This document shows, piece after piece, positions 8,203 to 17,688 of a stretch of 53,988 bases of DNA (its first letter is position 1; each line of letters begins with the position of its first letter). Origin of the DNA: an uncultured Clostridia bacterium (lineage in GTDB: Bacteria > Bacillota > Clostridia > Christensenellales > UBA1242); assembly GCA_944380415.1 (NCBI GenBank), contig CALWHN010000003.1:1-53988 (forward strand). Reading direction: 5' to 3'. A program made the position numbers and the translations under genes. Under the pieces are notes generated by a model. That model did no database searches and had not been told where the DNA came from. It saw only the letters and a program-made list of their open reading frames with translations.

Positions 8203-9486
8203 ATGATTTCAATAGACATGATTAAAAATGACCAAGAAAAAGTCGAGCGCGCAATTGAAAAGCGTGGGATGAAAATAGATTTTAAACCACTGTTTGAGCT
8301 AGATTCAAAGCGAAGAGAGCTTTTAAACAAAGTTGATGTTTTAAAGTCCAAAAGGAACCAGGAAAGTGCAAAAGTTCCGGCTTTGAAAAAAGAGGGGAAG
8401 GATTGCAGCGAAATATTTAAAGAAATGAAAATGCTTGGCGAGGAAATTTCTTCCTTGGACGAACAAGTTTCAAAGGTTGAAGAAGAAATTTTTAACTTCC
8501 TTGCGCCAATTCCAAATTTGGTTGATGAAGATGTTGTTCCAGGAGGAAAGGAAGCAAACCAGGAGATTAGAAGCTTTGGAGAAAAGCCAACCTTTTCCTT
8601 CGAGCCGCTTTCCCATATTGACCTTTGCAAAATAAACGGGTTTATTGATTATCAAGCCGGCGCAAAGCTCTCTGGAAATGGCCACTGGATTTACACTGGC
8701 GAAGGGGCAGAGCTTGAATGGGCGCTCATTAATTACTTCATTAATCAACACCTTGAAGACGGATATAAATTTATTTTGCCACCTCACATGCTTGGGTATA
8801 AATGTGGGTTCATTGCAGGACAATTCCCAAAATTTGACGATGAAGTTTATTGGCTTGACGAAAAATCTAAAACTGGGAAATTCTTGCTTCCAACAGCAGA
8901 AACTCCGCTTGCAAGCATGTATCAGGACTCAATTATTCCAGAGCAGGAACTTCCAATTAAGATGTTTGCATACACGCCTTGCTATCGCCGCGAAGCTGGA
9001 AGCTATCGAACGGAAGAGCGCGGAATGATTAGAGGCCACCAATTTAACAAAGTTGAAATGTTCCAAATAACAACTCCAGAGGGGTCTGACGCCGCTTTTG
9101 AGGAGCTTGTTTCTAAGGCCGAGAAGTTGGTTAAGGGGCTAGGCCTTCACTTTAGAACAACAAAACTTGCCGCAGAAGATGTTAGTGCAACAATGGCAAG
9201 AACCTATGACATAGAAATTTGGATTCCAAGCATGGGGATTTATAAGGAAGTTAGTTCGGCTTCTAATGCAAGAGATTATCAAGCAAGGCGAGGGAATATA
9301 AAATATCGAGATTCTAAAACGCAAAAAACGCTTTTTGTAAACACTTTAAATGCAAGTGGTCTTGCAACAAGCCGTTTGTTCCCAGCGCTTTTAGAACAAT
9401 ATCAAAATGAGGATGGAACAATTCGTGTTCCAGAGGTTTTACAACCTTTCATGAGGGGAAAAACTGTTATAGGAAAAGGAAAATAA
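8203..9486 (+). CDS. serS: Seryl-tRNA synthetase
   Basis: N-terminal coiled coil; LLPTAETPL, RREAG, HQFNKVE, EVSSASN..DYQARR, TLNASGLA. Confidence 0.98.
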   Translation: MISIDMIKNDQEKVERAIEKRGMKIDFKPLFELDSKRRELLNKVDVLKSKRNQESAKVPALKKEGKDCSEIFKEMKMLGEEISSLDEQVSKVEEEIFNFLAPIPNLVDEDVVPGGKEANQEIRSFGEKPTFSFEPLSHIDLCKINGFIDYQAGAKLSGNGHWIYTGEGAELEWALINYFINQHLEDGYKFILPPHMLGYKCGFIAGQFPKFDDEVYWLDEKSKTGKFLLPTAETPLASMYQDSIIPEQELPIKMFAYTPCYRREAGSYRTEERGMIRGHQFNKVEMFQITTPEGSDAAFEELVSKAEKLVKGLGLHFRTTKLAAEDVSATMARTYDIEIWIPSMGIYKEVSSASNARDYQARRGNIKYRDSKTQKTLFVNTLNASGLATSRLFPALLEQYQNEDGTIRVPEVLQPFMRGKTVIGKGK

Positions 9487-9487
9487 T

Positions 9488-10504
9488 TTGAAGAAAGGAA
9501 AGATTTTAGACAAGGGAATGATTGAAGATTTTGCGCAGAAGGTCAGCGATGATTCTGCGCGAAAGGTTTTCTATCTAATATCTGAATATGTTGATGAAAT
9601 CGCAACATCACTTTCTCAAACAAATCCGCTTTTAAATGTTCAAAACATTGAGCTTTTGATGGCAGGGGATTTGCTTACAGGAACATTTATCAGCGTTTCC
9701 GAGCCAGAATTCTACCTTTCTGTTCGCTCTGCACAAATTGAAATCAATTCTGTTGGGCCAATGGAAAACAAGTTTAGAATCATGTGGAACAGGTTTAAAT
9801 CCGCTTGGGCAACGAGAAACAAAAATACAAGAAGATATCAGAAAAAGGAAAAGAAAAAGGCTTTAAAGAAAAGCTCTGAGATAACCGAAAAACAGCTTTT
9901 AGAAAAAAAGGAAAAGCCATATTCTCTTTTGAATTTCAAAGATGATTTTTTTGAGGGGCTTGTTCAAAACATGACCAACATGACGGTTTTGTACAATACT
10001 CCAAGTAAAATTAGAATTTTGGGAAGGGATGAATTTGGGTTTAGAATCAATATAAATCCAGTAATCAAGCACGATGATTACTATAAAGTTTGGAACCCCA
10101 ATTCAAACAAGTTTATTGAAATATATCTGGATAAGGCAAAAAAGCTTTTAGAAGAGAAAGCAGCCGAAATTTCAAAGCTGAATTCCGTTGATTTTAATGA
10201 CGAAGATTTGCTTTATAAAATTATAAGAATATTTAAAAATTTGTATTACAATCTTTGCCAATCATATAACTATCAGTTCGTTGAAAGCTTGATTTACGCT
10301 TGTCCAAACTCACTCTTTAAAACAAAGGAAGAAGAAAATTATGTCTACAATGTCTTTCTAAAAGTTTTGAACTACTTAAACAATGTTTCGCTTGCTGAAA
10401 TAAGGTCCATCTACAACCAAGAAGTCAATCTTTATAAACAACACAACATTTCAGTTTTTCAAATTAAAACATTTTTAAAAGATATAAAAAACTATTTAGA
10501 TTAG
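9488..10504 (+). CDS. Divergent nucleotidyltransferase-fold protein (CD-NTase/SMODS-like, probably inactive)
   Basis: LMAGD...GT.I..SEPEF, ININPVI, YKIIRIFKNL and FVESLIYACPNSLF follow the order of CD-NTase motifs. Confidence 0.55.
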   Translation: MKKGKILDKGMIEDFAQKVSDDSARKVFYLISEYVDEIATSLSQTNPLLNVQNIELLMAGDLLTGTFISVSEPEFYLSVRSAQIEINSVGPMENKFRIMWNRFKSAWATRNKNTRRYQKKEKKKALKKSSEITEKQLLEKKEKPYSLLNFKDDFFEGLVQNMTNMTVLYNTPSKIRILGRDEFGFRININPVIKHDDYYKVWNPNSNKFIEIYLDKAKKLLEEKAAEISKLNSVDFNDEDLLYKIIRIFKNLYYNLCQSYNYQFVESLIYACPNSLFKTKEEENYVYNVFLKVLNYLNNVSLAEIRSIYNQEVNLYKQHNISVFQIKTFLKDIKNYLD

Positions 10505-10513
10505 GGGAGAAGA

Positions 10514-10930
10514 ATGAAGAGTTACCGAAAAGAGCTTTGGTTCAACATTCCAAAGCGCCGTGGCCTTGTTAACATAACAGAAGATGTTCAAAAGGCAGTT
10601 ACTGAAAGTCAAATAAAAGAGGGGCTTGTTTTAGTCAATGCAATGAATATAACAGCAAGCGTTTTTATAAACGACGACGAAAGCGGTCTTCATCAAGATT
10701 TTGAAACATGGCTTGAAAAACTTGCGCCAGAAAAGCCTTATAGCCAATATCATCACAATGGTTATGAAGACAATGCAGATGCCCATCTTAAAAGAACAAT
10801 TATGGGCAGGGAAGTTGTTGTTGCAATAACAAATGGTAGATTAGATTTTGGAACTTGGGAACAAATTTTTTATTATGAACTTGACGGATTAAGAAATAAA
10901 CATGTCTTGATAAAAATAATTGGAGAGTAG
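10514..10930 (+). CDS. yjbQ: YjbQ / UPF0047 family protein
   Basis: [37 protein letters not shown]. Confidence 0.93.
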   Translation: MKSYRKELWFNIPKRRGLVNITEDVQKAVTESQIKEGLVLVNAMNITASVFINDDESGLHQDFETWLEKLAPEKPYSQYHHNGYEDNADAHLKRTIMGREVVVAITNGRLDFGTWEQIFYYELDGLRNKHVLIKIIGE

Positions 10931-10979
10931 CAACAAATTGCGGTATTATATATTTATAACACACAATATCTAGTTAAAT

Positions 10980-11015
10980 TAAAAAAAGAATAACACGTGA
11001 TTATTCTTTTTTTTT
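10980..11015. terminator. Bidirectional terminator
   Basis: AAAAAAAGAATAA-CACGTGA-TTATTCTTTTTTT. Confidence 0.75.
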
Positions 11016-11102
11016 TGGTGCGGAAAACAGGATTTGAACCTGCAAGGAATTGCTTCCACTAGAACCTGAATCTAGCGCGTCTACCAATTTCGCCATTTCC
11101 GC
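11016..11102 (-). tRNA. tRNA-Leu(CAG)
   Basis: GCGGAAATGGCGAAATTGGTAGACGCG.., anticodon loop TT-CAG-GT, long variable arm, CCA end. Confidence 0.96.
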
Positions 11103-11119
11103 AAAGTTTTTGTTGAAGG

Positions 11120-11563
11120 TTATTCCGCTTCAACAATCAAGGTGAAATTCGCTGAAATCTCGGGATAAACTTTAGCAGTTATCGTGTAGTTTCCAACTGA
11201 TTTAATGGGTGAGGGGAGCACAATTTTTTTCTTATCTAAATTAATTCCTTCCTTCGAAAGGGCGTTTGAAATTTCTTGGCTTGTTATTCCGCCAAAGATT
11301 TTTCCATTCTCTCCAGCTTTAACTGTTAAGCAAAGTGTTTTGGTTTTTAAAAGTGCTGCAAGTTCTTTTGCCTCTTTAATTTCAACAGATTTATGATAGG
11401 CCATTGCTTCTTTTTGCTGTTTGTTTTCGTTTAGAGCGGCAGAAGTTGCTTCCTTTGCAAGGCCTTGTTTTAAAAGGAAATTCCTTGCATAACCGTCTGA
11501 AACATTGACGATTTCGCCTTTTTTCCCGCTTCCTTTGACGTCTTTAAGTAAAACAACTTGCAT
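11120..11563 (-). CDS. rplI: 50S ribosomal protein L9
   Basis: [29 protein letters not shown]. Confidence 0.98.
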   Translation of the reverse strand: MQVVLLKDVKGSGKKGEIVNVSDGYARNFLLKQGLAKEATSAALNENKQQKEAMAYHKSVEIKEAKELAALLKTKTLCLTVKAGENGKIFGGITSQEISNALSKEGINLDKKKIVLPSPIKSVGNYTITAKVYPEISANFTLIVEAE

Positions 11564-11677
11564 AAAAACACCTCACGCATTGTTATTTTATCCAATCTAA
11601 GCCGAATTGTCAAGGAAAAGAGCAGAGGTTTAGAATATTCTTGTTTATTTAAGGGAAAATATATATTGAGGAAATTT

Positions 11678-12019
11678 ATGGATATTAGATGTAGAAAGAC
11701 AACATGTAAATATAACAAGGACCACACTTGCCTTGCAAAATCAATTTTAGTTGATAGAAAGGTTTTGTGTTCAACATATCAGCTTTCGGAGGCCCTTAAA
11801 GGAAAAAACAGACAACAAGGCCTCTTAGATAAAGCGGAGGATTATTCAAAAAGAATGTTTGAAAAACCTCCTAAAAATGCACCGATGAGAAACAGAAAGA
11901 AAATTGAAATTTCCTGCAAGGCGGACTGCCTTTTCAACAACAACGGAATTTGCAGAGCCAATGGGATTACTGTTAACGATGTAAACTATCCGGTTTGCAT
12001 GGGCTATTTGCCGAAATAG
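11678..12019 (+). CDS. DUF1540-like cysteine-rich protein (two repeats)
   Basis: Two I.C....C.(Y/F)N....C.A..I.V...C units; GAGG SD before ATG 11678. Confidence 0.7.
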   Translation: MDIRCRKTTCKYNKDHTCLAKSILVDRKVLCSTYQLSEALKGKNRQQGLLDKAEDYSKRMFEKPPKNAPMRNRKKIEISCKADCLFNNNGICRANGITVNDVNYPVCMGYLPK

Positions 12020-12050
12020 GGGAACTATTTTATCAAAAAAAGAGGCTTTT

Positions 12051-12084
12051 AACTATTCGCAAAAGACACATTTTGCGAATAGTT
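12051..12084. repeat. Perfect 14-bp inverted repeat (probable terminator)
   Basis: AACTATTCGCAAAA-GACACA-TTTTGCGAATAGTT. Confidence 0.7.
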
Positions 12085-12230
12085 AGTGGCCTTTTTGGCG
12101 ATTTTTAGGGATATTATGCATTTTTCTTATAATTTGTTTAGTTTTAAAAAATTTGTTTTGATTATGATTTAACAAGCTATGCAAATATAATCCTATTCTA
12201 AAAAAAGAACCTATGTTTATTTTATAGGTT

Positions 12231-12770
12231 CTATTCTGGTTTTCTTAAAATTCCTTCGATGATTTCAATTGTCTTGTCCATATTGTCGTTTTGAATTATC
12301 AAATTATAATTTGGCCTATGGGCGCTTTCAAATTCAAAGCGTTCCATTCTTTTATCTATGTTCTTTTCGCCTCTAAGTTTTAATCTTTTAATAAGCTCGT
12401 GTTTTGGAACATCTAAAAAGATTGAAACAATTTTAACCTTGTTTCCAAGGCGCTCTGTCATGTTCTTTTGGCCTAAAACGCCAATATCTTTAACATAATT
12501 TGTTCCTGAAAAAACGTCGTCTATCGAGCTTTTTAAAATTCCGTAATAATTTCCATGGATTTCTTCATATTCAAACAATTCGTTGTTTTTGATTTTGTCT
12601 TCAAATTCTTCTTTCGTTAGGAATATGTATGAATCCGTTTCATCATCGCGGTTTTCTTTGTTTCTTGAGGTGCAAGATTTTAGATATTTTAAATCTGGGT
12701 TTTTCCTTAAGAGATGGTTTATAACTGTGTTTTTGCCTGCCCCTGAACAGCCTGAAATTAAAATTAGCAT
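12231..12770 (-). CDS. gmk: Guanylate kinase
   Basis: ISGCSGAGKNT P-loop, SCTSR, Y.FLTKEEF, HGNYYG. Confidence 0.9.
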   Translation of the reverse strand: MLILISGCSGAGKNTVINHLLRKNPDLKYLKSCTSRNKENRDDETDSYIFLTKEEFEDKIKNNELFEYEEIHGNYYGILKSSIDDVFSGTNYVKDIGVLGQKNMTERLGNKVKIVSIFLDVPKHELIKRLKLRGEKNIDKRMERFEFESAHRPNYNLIIQNDNMDKTIEIIEGILRKPE

Positions 12771-12839
12771 GTAATATTTTCTCCTTACATGCTAATTTTA
12801 AATGTTTTAAAATCTTTTGTCAAACAATTATGTTTGATT

Positions 12840-13997
12840 TTACCAGTTCTTTATAATTTCTTTTAAGCTTTCACCGTATGTGATTGCAGGAACATCTGTT
12901 CCAACAATTGCGTCAATTGTCTTTATAATAACGCCGTCTTTGCTTATGGAAACGGTTCCAACTTTTTCTCCCGAAGCTAGTGGCGCACAAATTTTTTCAT
13001 CTATTTCAACGGTGACGGCATATTGGGCGCCATCTCCCTTTCTTGAAACAACATAGAAATCTTCTGCTGCATAAACTGGAATGGTTTTTACTTTGCTTCG
13101 CAAAATTTCAGCTTCAATCAAGCTTTCGCCCGATGAAATTATTTGTTTGTTTTCAAAGTTTGCAAATCCATATGTTAAAAGTTTTGAAGTTTCATTAAAC
13201 CTAAGTGTTGCATCTTTTGCCCCTAAAACAACGGCTATAAGCCTCATTCCGCCCCTCTCAGCTGTTGCTGTTAAACAATAGCCAGCTTCGTCAGTTGAGC
13301 CTGTTTTTCCGCCATCACAGCCCTTAAAATACCTTATTAATTTATTTGTGTTTACAACCTCTGTTTCTCTTCCAGAAGGATGTGTTAACTTGTCCATCCA
13401 AATTGTGCTGTAATTAAAATAATCCTTAATTTTTAAAACTTCCTTTGTAAGTTTTGCAACATCCCTTGCCGTTGAATATTGTCCAGGCTCTGGAAGGCCG
13501 CTTGCATTTACATAAACAGTGTCATTTAGCCCAAGTTCTTTTGCCCTTTGGTTCATTTTTTTTACAAAGGCTTCTTCTGTTCCTGAAATTTTTTCAGCCA
13601 AGGCAACGCTAGCATCGTTTGCAGAGGCAACTATAACGCTTTTTAACATGTCTTCAACGCTGTAATCAACAAAGGGGTCAATAAAAACTTGGCTCCCGCC
13701 CATTGAAGACGCATTTTCTGTTGTTGTCAACATTTCGTCAAGGCTTAAATTTCCGGCTTCAATTTCTTCAAATGTAAGCAAAATTGTCATAAGTTTTACA
13801 ATTGATGCAACTTGAACTTTCTCATCTGGATTCTGCTCAAAAAGAACTTCGCCGCTGTCATAATCAATCAAAATTGCAGACTTTGCATCAACTGATAAAT
13901 CTGCGCTTTCTGCACTTGCAAAATCAATTCTAAAACTAGATAATGCGCATGCTATGCACATAATACCGCAAAATATTGCGAAACCAAACTTTTTCAT
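12840..13997 (-). CDS. dacF: D-alanyl-D-alanine carboxypeptidase (DacF-like)
   Basis: ASIVK (SxxK), SAN and KTG motifs; signal peptide; follows spoIIM. Confidence 0.85.
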   Translation of the reverse strand: MKKFGFAIFCGIMCIACALSSFRIDFASAESADLSVDAKSAILIDYDSGEVLFEQNPDEKVQVASIVKLMTILLTFEEIEAGNLSLDEMLTTTENASSMGGSQVFIDPFVDYSVEDMLKSVIVASANDASVALAEKISGTEEAFVKKMNQRAKELGLNDTVYVNASGLPEPGQYSTARDVAKLTKEVLKIKDYFNYSTIWMDKLTHPSGRETEVVNTNKLIRYFKGCDGGKTGSTDEAGYCLTATAERGGMRLIAVVLGAKDATLRFNETSKLLTYGFANFENKQIISSGESLIEAEILRSKVKTIPVYAAEDFYVVSRKGDGAQYAVTVEIDEKICAPLASGEKVGTVSISKDGVIIKTIDAIVGTDVPAITYGESLKEIIKNW

Positions 13998-14054
13998 AGA
14001 CTTTCAATGCTCCTTTTAATCTACTTTAGTTTGGCTATCCGTTCGAAAAATATT

Positions 14055-14672
14055 CTATAAAACCAAAATTATTTTGCTTGAGAAAAAGTATAGAAGCAAG
14101 GTTTCAATTCCGTTTAAAATTACAAGTGCAATGAATGTAATTAAAAATTTATCCCAAATTTTACATGTTGAGCCATATCTTCGCTTTAACACTGCCCTTT
14201 TGCAACTAAACGAGCAGAATAGACAAATTATAAGTAAACTTATTACTTGGCAAGGGAAAATTATTAGAAGGCATGTTACAAATCCGCCAAGGCCGTTTAC
14301 AATTATTATTAACGAGCAGTTTAAAGTTAACAAATACGCGCGGTATGTAACTAAAATAAAATTAACTGGAATTAGAAAAATTGAAAAGGAACAAATTAAA
14401 GTTAAAACAACAATAACACTTGTTGAAAGCAGCCTTGAAAAGAAAAGGTCGCCCGTTCCAAGTTCTCCTGAAAGATATTGAGAGAGAGAAAAATCGTTGA
14501 AATTGATGAGCGAGGCTCCGTTTGAATATCTTATTGCAGTAAAAATTCCAGTTAGAAGACCAATTAAACAAAAGATAATAAGAAACAAGGTTGTCTTCTT
14601 GTTTTCTTTAAAAGTGTCGAAAAGCTTGTATTTAAGCCCGCCAAATCTCCGCGAAAAGCTTGGATTTTTCAT
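14055..14672 (-). CDS. spoIIM: Stage II sporulation protein M-like membrane protein
   Basis: Five TM helices, about 200 aa, P.Q and IE motifs, located between spoIVB and dacF. Confidence 0.6.
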   Translation of the reverse strand: MKNPSFSRRFGGLKYKLFDTFKENKKTTLFLIIFCLIGLLTGIFTAIRYSNGASLINFNDFSLSQYLSGELGTGDLFFSRLLSTSVIVVLTLICSFSIFLIPVNFILVTYRAYLLTLNCSLIIIVNGLGGFVTCLLIIFPCQVISLLIICLFCSFSCKRAVLKRRYGSTCKIWDKFLITFIALVILNGIETLLLYFFSSKIILVL

Positions 14673-14711
14673 GGTTTAATATATTCACTTTTTCGACATA
14701 AAATTACAAAA

Positions 14712-15938
14712 TTATGCAGCAAGCATCCAATCTATATAAACTCCATATCCTTTTGTTGGGTCGGAAACAAAGACATGGGTAACTGCGCCAACAACTTTTC
14801 CGTTTTGCATGATTGGGCTTCCGCTCATTCCCTGAATAATTCCTCCAGTTAAGTTTAAAAGCCGTTTGTCTGTAACTCTAAAAACAAAGCTTTTGTCGCT
14901 TGAAGAAGGCTGATAGTTTGCCTTTATTATTTCAATTTCATATTCTTCACTAACGCCGCTTATCGAGCTTATCAATGTTGCCTTTCCTGGCTTCATCGTT
15001 AGGCGGCTTGCAACTTCTGCCGTCTTGTTTAAATCTATAATTTTTGATTTGTCTGTTATATTTCCAAAAACGCCAAATTCCGTATTCTTTTCAATTGTTC
15101 CCTTTTGGCTTTTCCCTTGCATAAAAACGCCTTTAATTTCTCCTGGGCTTCCCTTCTCGCCCTTCTCTAAACCAACGACGTTGCACGGGTAAACCTTTCC
15201 GCTTTTTGCTGGAACAAATGCCCCTGTTTCATAGTCTGTTATTGGATGGCCAAGAGCGCCAAAATCAAGCGTATCGGCCTCAACATAGGTCAAAGTTCCA
15301 ACCCCAGCGGCGTCGTTTTTAACCCACAGGCCAAGTTTATATTCTCCGTCCTCCTTGTCCAGAACCGGTTTAAGCGAAAGATCAAGCATTTCCTTGTTTC
15401 TTAAAACACACAATTTTAACTCTTTTCCATCAAAAGAATCGGAATTTAAAATCTCTTCAAGATCTTCAATTGTCGAAACCTTTTTGTCATTGATTGAAAG
15501 AATAATATCACCGCGCTTCAATTTTGAATTTTGAAGCGTGTCAACTGCGCCATTTTCTGTTAGAACACTGTTGTTTCCAAGAACTATTAAACCATCTACA
15601 TCAATAGAAAGCCCAATAGGACAGCCTCCAAGATAAACCTCTTGTTCGTCTATTAAATTTGCTTCAACAGTTTTAATTGGAATTAGGCCAAAAAGCCTAA
15701 AAACAAGCGTTTTAATGCTAAACTTTTCGCCTCCAACATTAACTGTTTTTTCTTCAATGTTGGCCGAAATGTTGCTTCCAAAAATGTTGTCCTCATTAAT
15801 CTTTTCAACGTCTGAATATGTAATTGGAAGCGACTGGGGAAGATTGTAAATATTTAAAAGTTCACTGTTCAAAAAAAGAAGCAAAAGCGAAAGTCCAATA
15901 ACACCTAGAAAAACCGCTAAACTAATTTTTTTCTTCAT
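14712..15938 (-). CDS. spoIVB: SpoIVB peptidase (S55, PDZ)
   Basis: LGLWV.ND.AG.GTLT, FGALGHPITD, GGIIQGMSGSPI.QNGK.VGAVTHVF. Confidence 0.96.
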   Translation of the reverse strand: MKKKISLAVFLGVIGLSLLLLFLNSELLNIYNLPQSLPITYSDVEKINEDNIFGSNISANIEEKTVNVGGEKFSIKTLVFRLFGLIPIKTVEANLIDEQEVYLGGCPIGLSIDVDGLIVLGNNSVLTENGAVDTLQNSKLKRGDIILSINDKKVSTIEDLEEILNSDSFDGKELKLCVLRNKEMLDLSLKPVLDKEDGEYKLGLWVKNDAAGVGTLTYVEADTLDFGALGHPITDYETGAFVPAKSGKVYPCNVVGLEKGEKGSPGEIKGVFMQGKSQKGTIEKNTEFGVFGNITDKSKIIDLNKTAEVASRLTMKPGKATLISSISGVSEEYEIEIIKANYQPSSSDKSFVFRVTDKRLLNLTGGIIQGMSGSPIMQNGKVVGAVTHVFVSDPTKGYGVYIDWMLAA

Positions 15939-15987
15939 CTCAATCCCTCGTCAAAACTTTTTTTAGTTTGCGCGGAATTGATTTGGT

Positions 15988-17682
15988 TTATTCTATTGTG
16001 GCTTTAAACTTGCTGTTTGACTCCAAAAGTTCTTGGGTTAGCTCAAGCTTTTTATCGTCATAACTTCCATAAGTTAATTTTGCAATTTCTTGGCAAATTT
16101 GTTCGCTTGAAAGCTGCTTAGCTTCCGTTTCCGTTCTTCCATCTTTTTCAGATTTTGAAACCAAAAAGAAACTGTCGCCCATTGCGGCAACTTGTGGAAG
16201 GTGTGTTATGCAAAGAAGCTGGAAGCTTTTTGAAAGCTTTGCAATTTTTTTTGCAACGGCGTTTGCAATTTTTCCGCTAATTCCAGAATCAACTTCATCT
16301 AAAATCAGGGTTTGGCTGCTGTTTTGGCTTGCTATTATATTTTTAAAAACAAGCATGAACCGGCTTAGCTCTCCTCCGGAAATTGTTCTTGCAAGCGGTT
16401 TTAATTGTTCTCCAAAGTTTGCACTAAACAAAAATTCAACGTCTTCAAGACAATTTATCGAATAGGAAGAAACATCAAAAATTGAATCATAAAGCTTTAT
16501 GAAATTTACCTTAAATTTTGCCTTTTCAATTCCAAGTTCTCCAAGGCCATTTTCAATTTTTTCTTCAAGTTCGGTTGCACACTTTCGGCGATATTGCCCA
16601 AGCTCCAGAAGCTTTTTCTCCGCCTGAATTAAAAGGTTTTGTTTTTCTTCCTCTTTTTCTTTTAAAATTTCCTCTGCGTTTTCAAGTTTTATAAGCTCCT
16701 CGCTTGCACTTTGAAGATAGGCAAGAACATCTTCAATTGTTGAGCCATATTTTCTCTTTAAATTGTCCAACATGTCTTTTCTTTCAATTAGCTTGTCAAT
16801 TGAATTTTCGTCTAAAACATAGTCCTCTGAAAGCGAAAAAAGCCCGTCTGATGCGCCCTCTAAATTGGCCAAGCCCTCTTCAAGCGATGTTAAAATTTCT
16901 GAAACTTTTTCGTCATATTTTTCAACTGATTTGAGGCTTGAAATTGCGCCTCTTAAAAGCGAAAGGCTTCCATTTTCGCTGTTTAAATATTCTTCCGAAC
17001 TTGCAATGGCCTCAGAAATTTTTTCAAAATTTGAAAGCTTTAAAAGCCTTTCATTAAGCAATGTGTCTTCGCCTGCTTTAAGATCGGCCTTTTCAATTTC
17101 ATCAATTTGATATTTTAAAAGGTCAATTTGCCTTTCTCTGTTTGCCTCGCTTCCTCCAAGCGCTTGGATTTCTTTGGTAACATTGTTTAAACGCTGAATT
17201 AACTCCTCTGCCTCATGAAACAGGGGTTGATTTGGCTTATATGAGTCCAACAAAGAAAGATGATTTTTTTGCTTTAAAAGCGAAACTCCTTCGTTTTGGC
17301 CATAGGAATCAACAAGTGCTTCTCCAAGTTGTTTTAGCATTGAAAGAGGCGCAATTTCGCCGTTTATTTTAACATCTCCCTTTCCGCTTGTTGAATATGT
17401 TCTTGAAATAAAAATTTCTTCGCCGCAAGGAATGTCATAGCTTGAAAGGATTTTGCAGGCAGCGCTGCTTGGAGAAGAAAAAATTGCCGAAACTTTCATG
17501 CTTTCTTCTCCTGCGCGAATAAGAGTTTTATCCGCCTTTTCTCCAAGCACAAAATTTAATGCATCAAAAATAATGCTCTTACCTGCGCCAGTTTCGCCAA
17601 GAACAACGTTAAAGCCGCTTGAAAAATTAATTTCAAGCGATTTGATAAGTGCAACATTGTTTATCTTTAGTTTTTCTAACAT
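15988..17682 (-). CDS. recN: DNA repair protein RecN
   Basis: GETGAGKSII, SGGELSR, LILDEVDSGISG, CITHLPQVAA. Confidence 0.97.
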   Translation of the reverse strand: MLEKLKINNVALIKSLEINFSSGFNVVLGETGAGKSIIFDALNFVLGEKADKTLIRAGEESMKVSAIFSSPSSAACKILSSYDIPCGEEIFISRTYSTSGKGDVKINGEIAPLSMLKQLGEALVDSYGQNEGVSLLKQKNHLSLLDSYKPNQPLFHEAEELIQRLNNVTKEIQALGGSEANRERQIDLLKYQIDEIEKADLKAGEDTLLNERLLKLSNFEKISEAIASSEEYLNSENGSLSLLRGAISSLKSVEKYDEKVSEILTSLEEGLANLEGASDGLFSLSEDYVLDENSIDKLIERKDMLDNLKRKYGSTIEDVLAYLQSASEELIKLENAEEILKEKEEEKQNLLIQAEKKLLELGQYRRKCATELEEKIENGLGELGIEKAKFKVNFIKLYDSIFDVSSYSINCLEDVEFLFSANFGEQLKPLARTISGGELSRFMLVFKNIIASQNSSQTLILDEVDSGISGKIANAVAKKIAKLSKSFQLLCITHLPQVAAMGDSFFLVSKSEKDGRTETEAKQLSSEQICQEIAKLTYGSYDDKKLELTQELLESNSKFKATIE

Positions 17683-17688
17683 ATTTTC

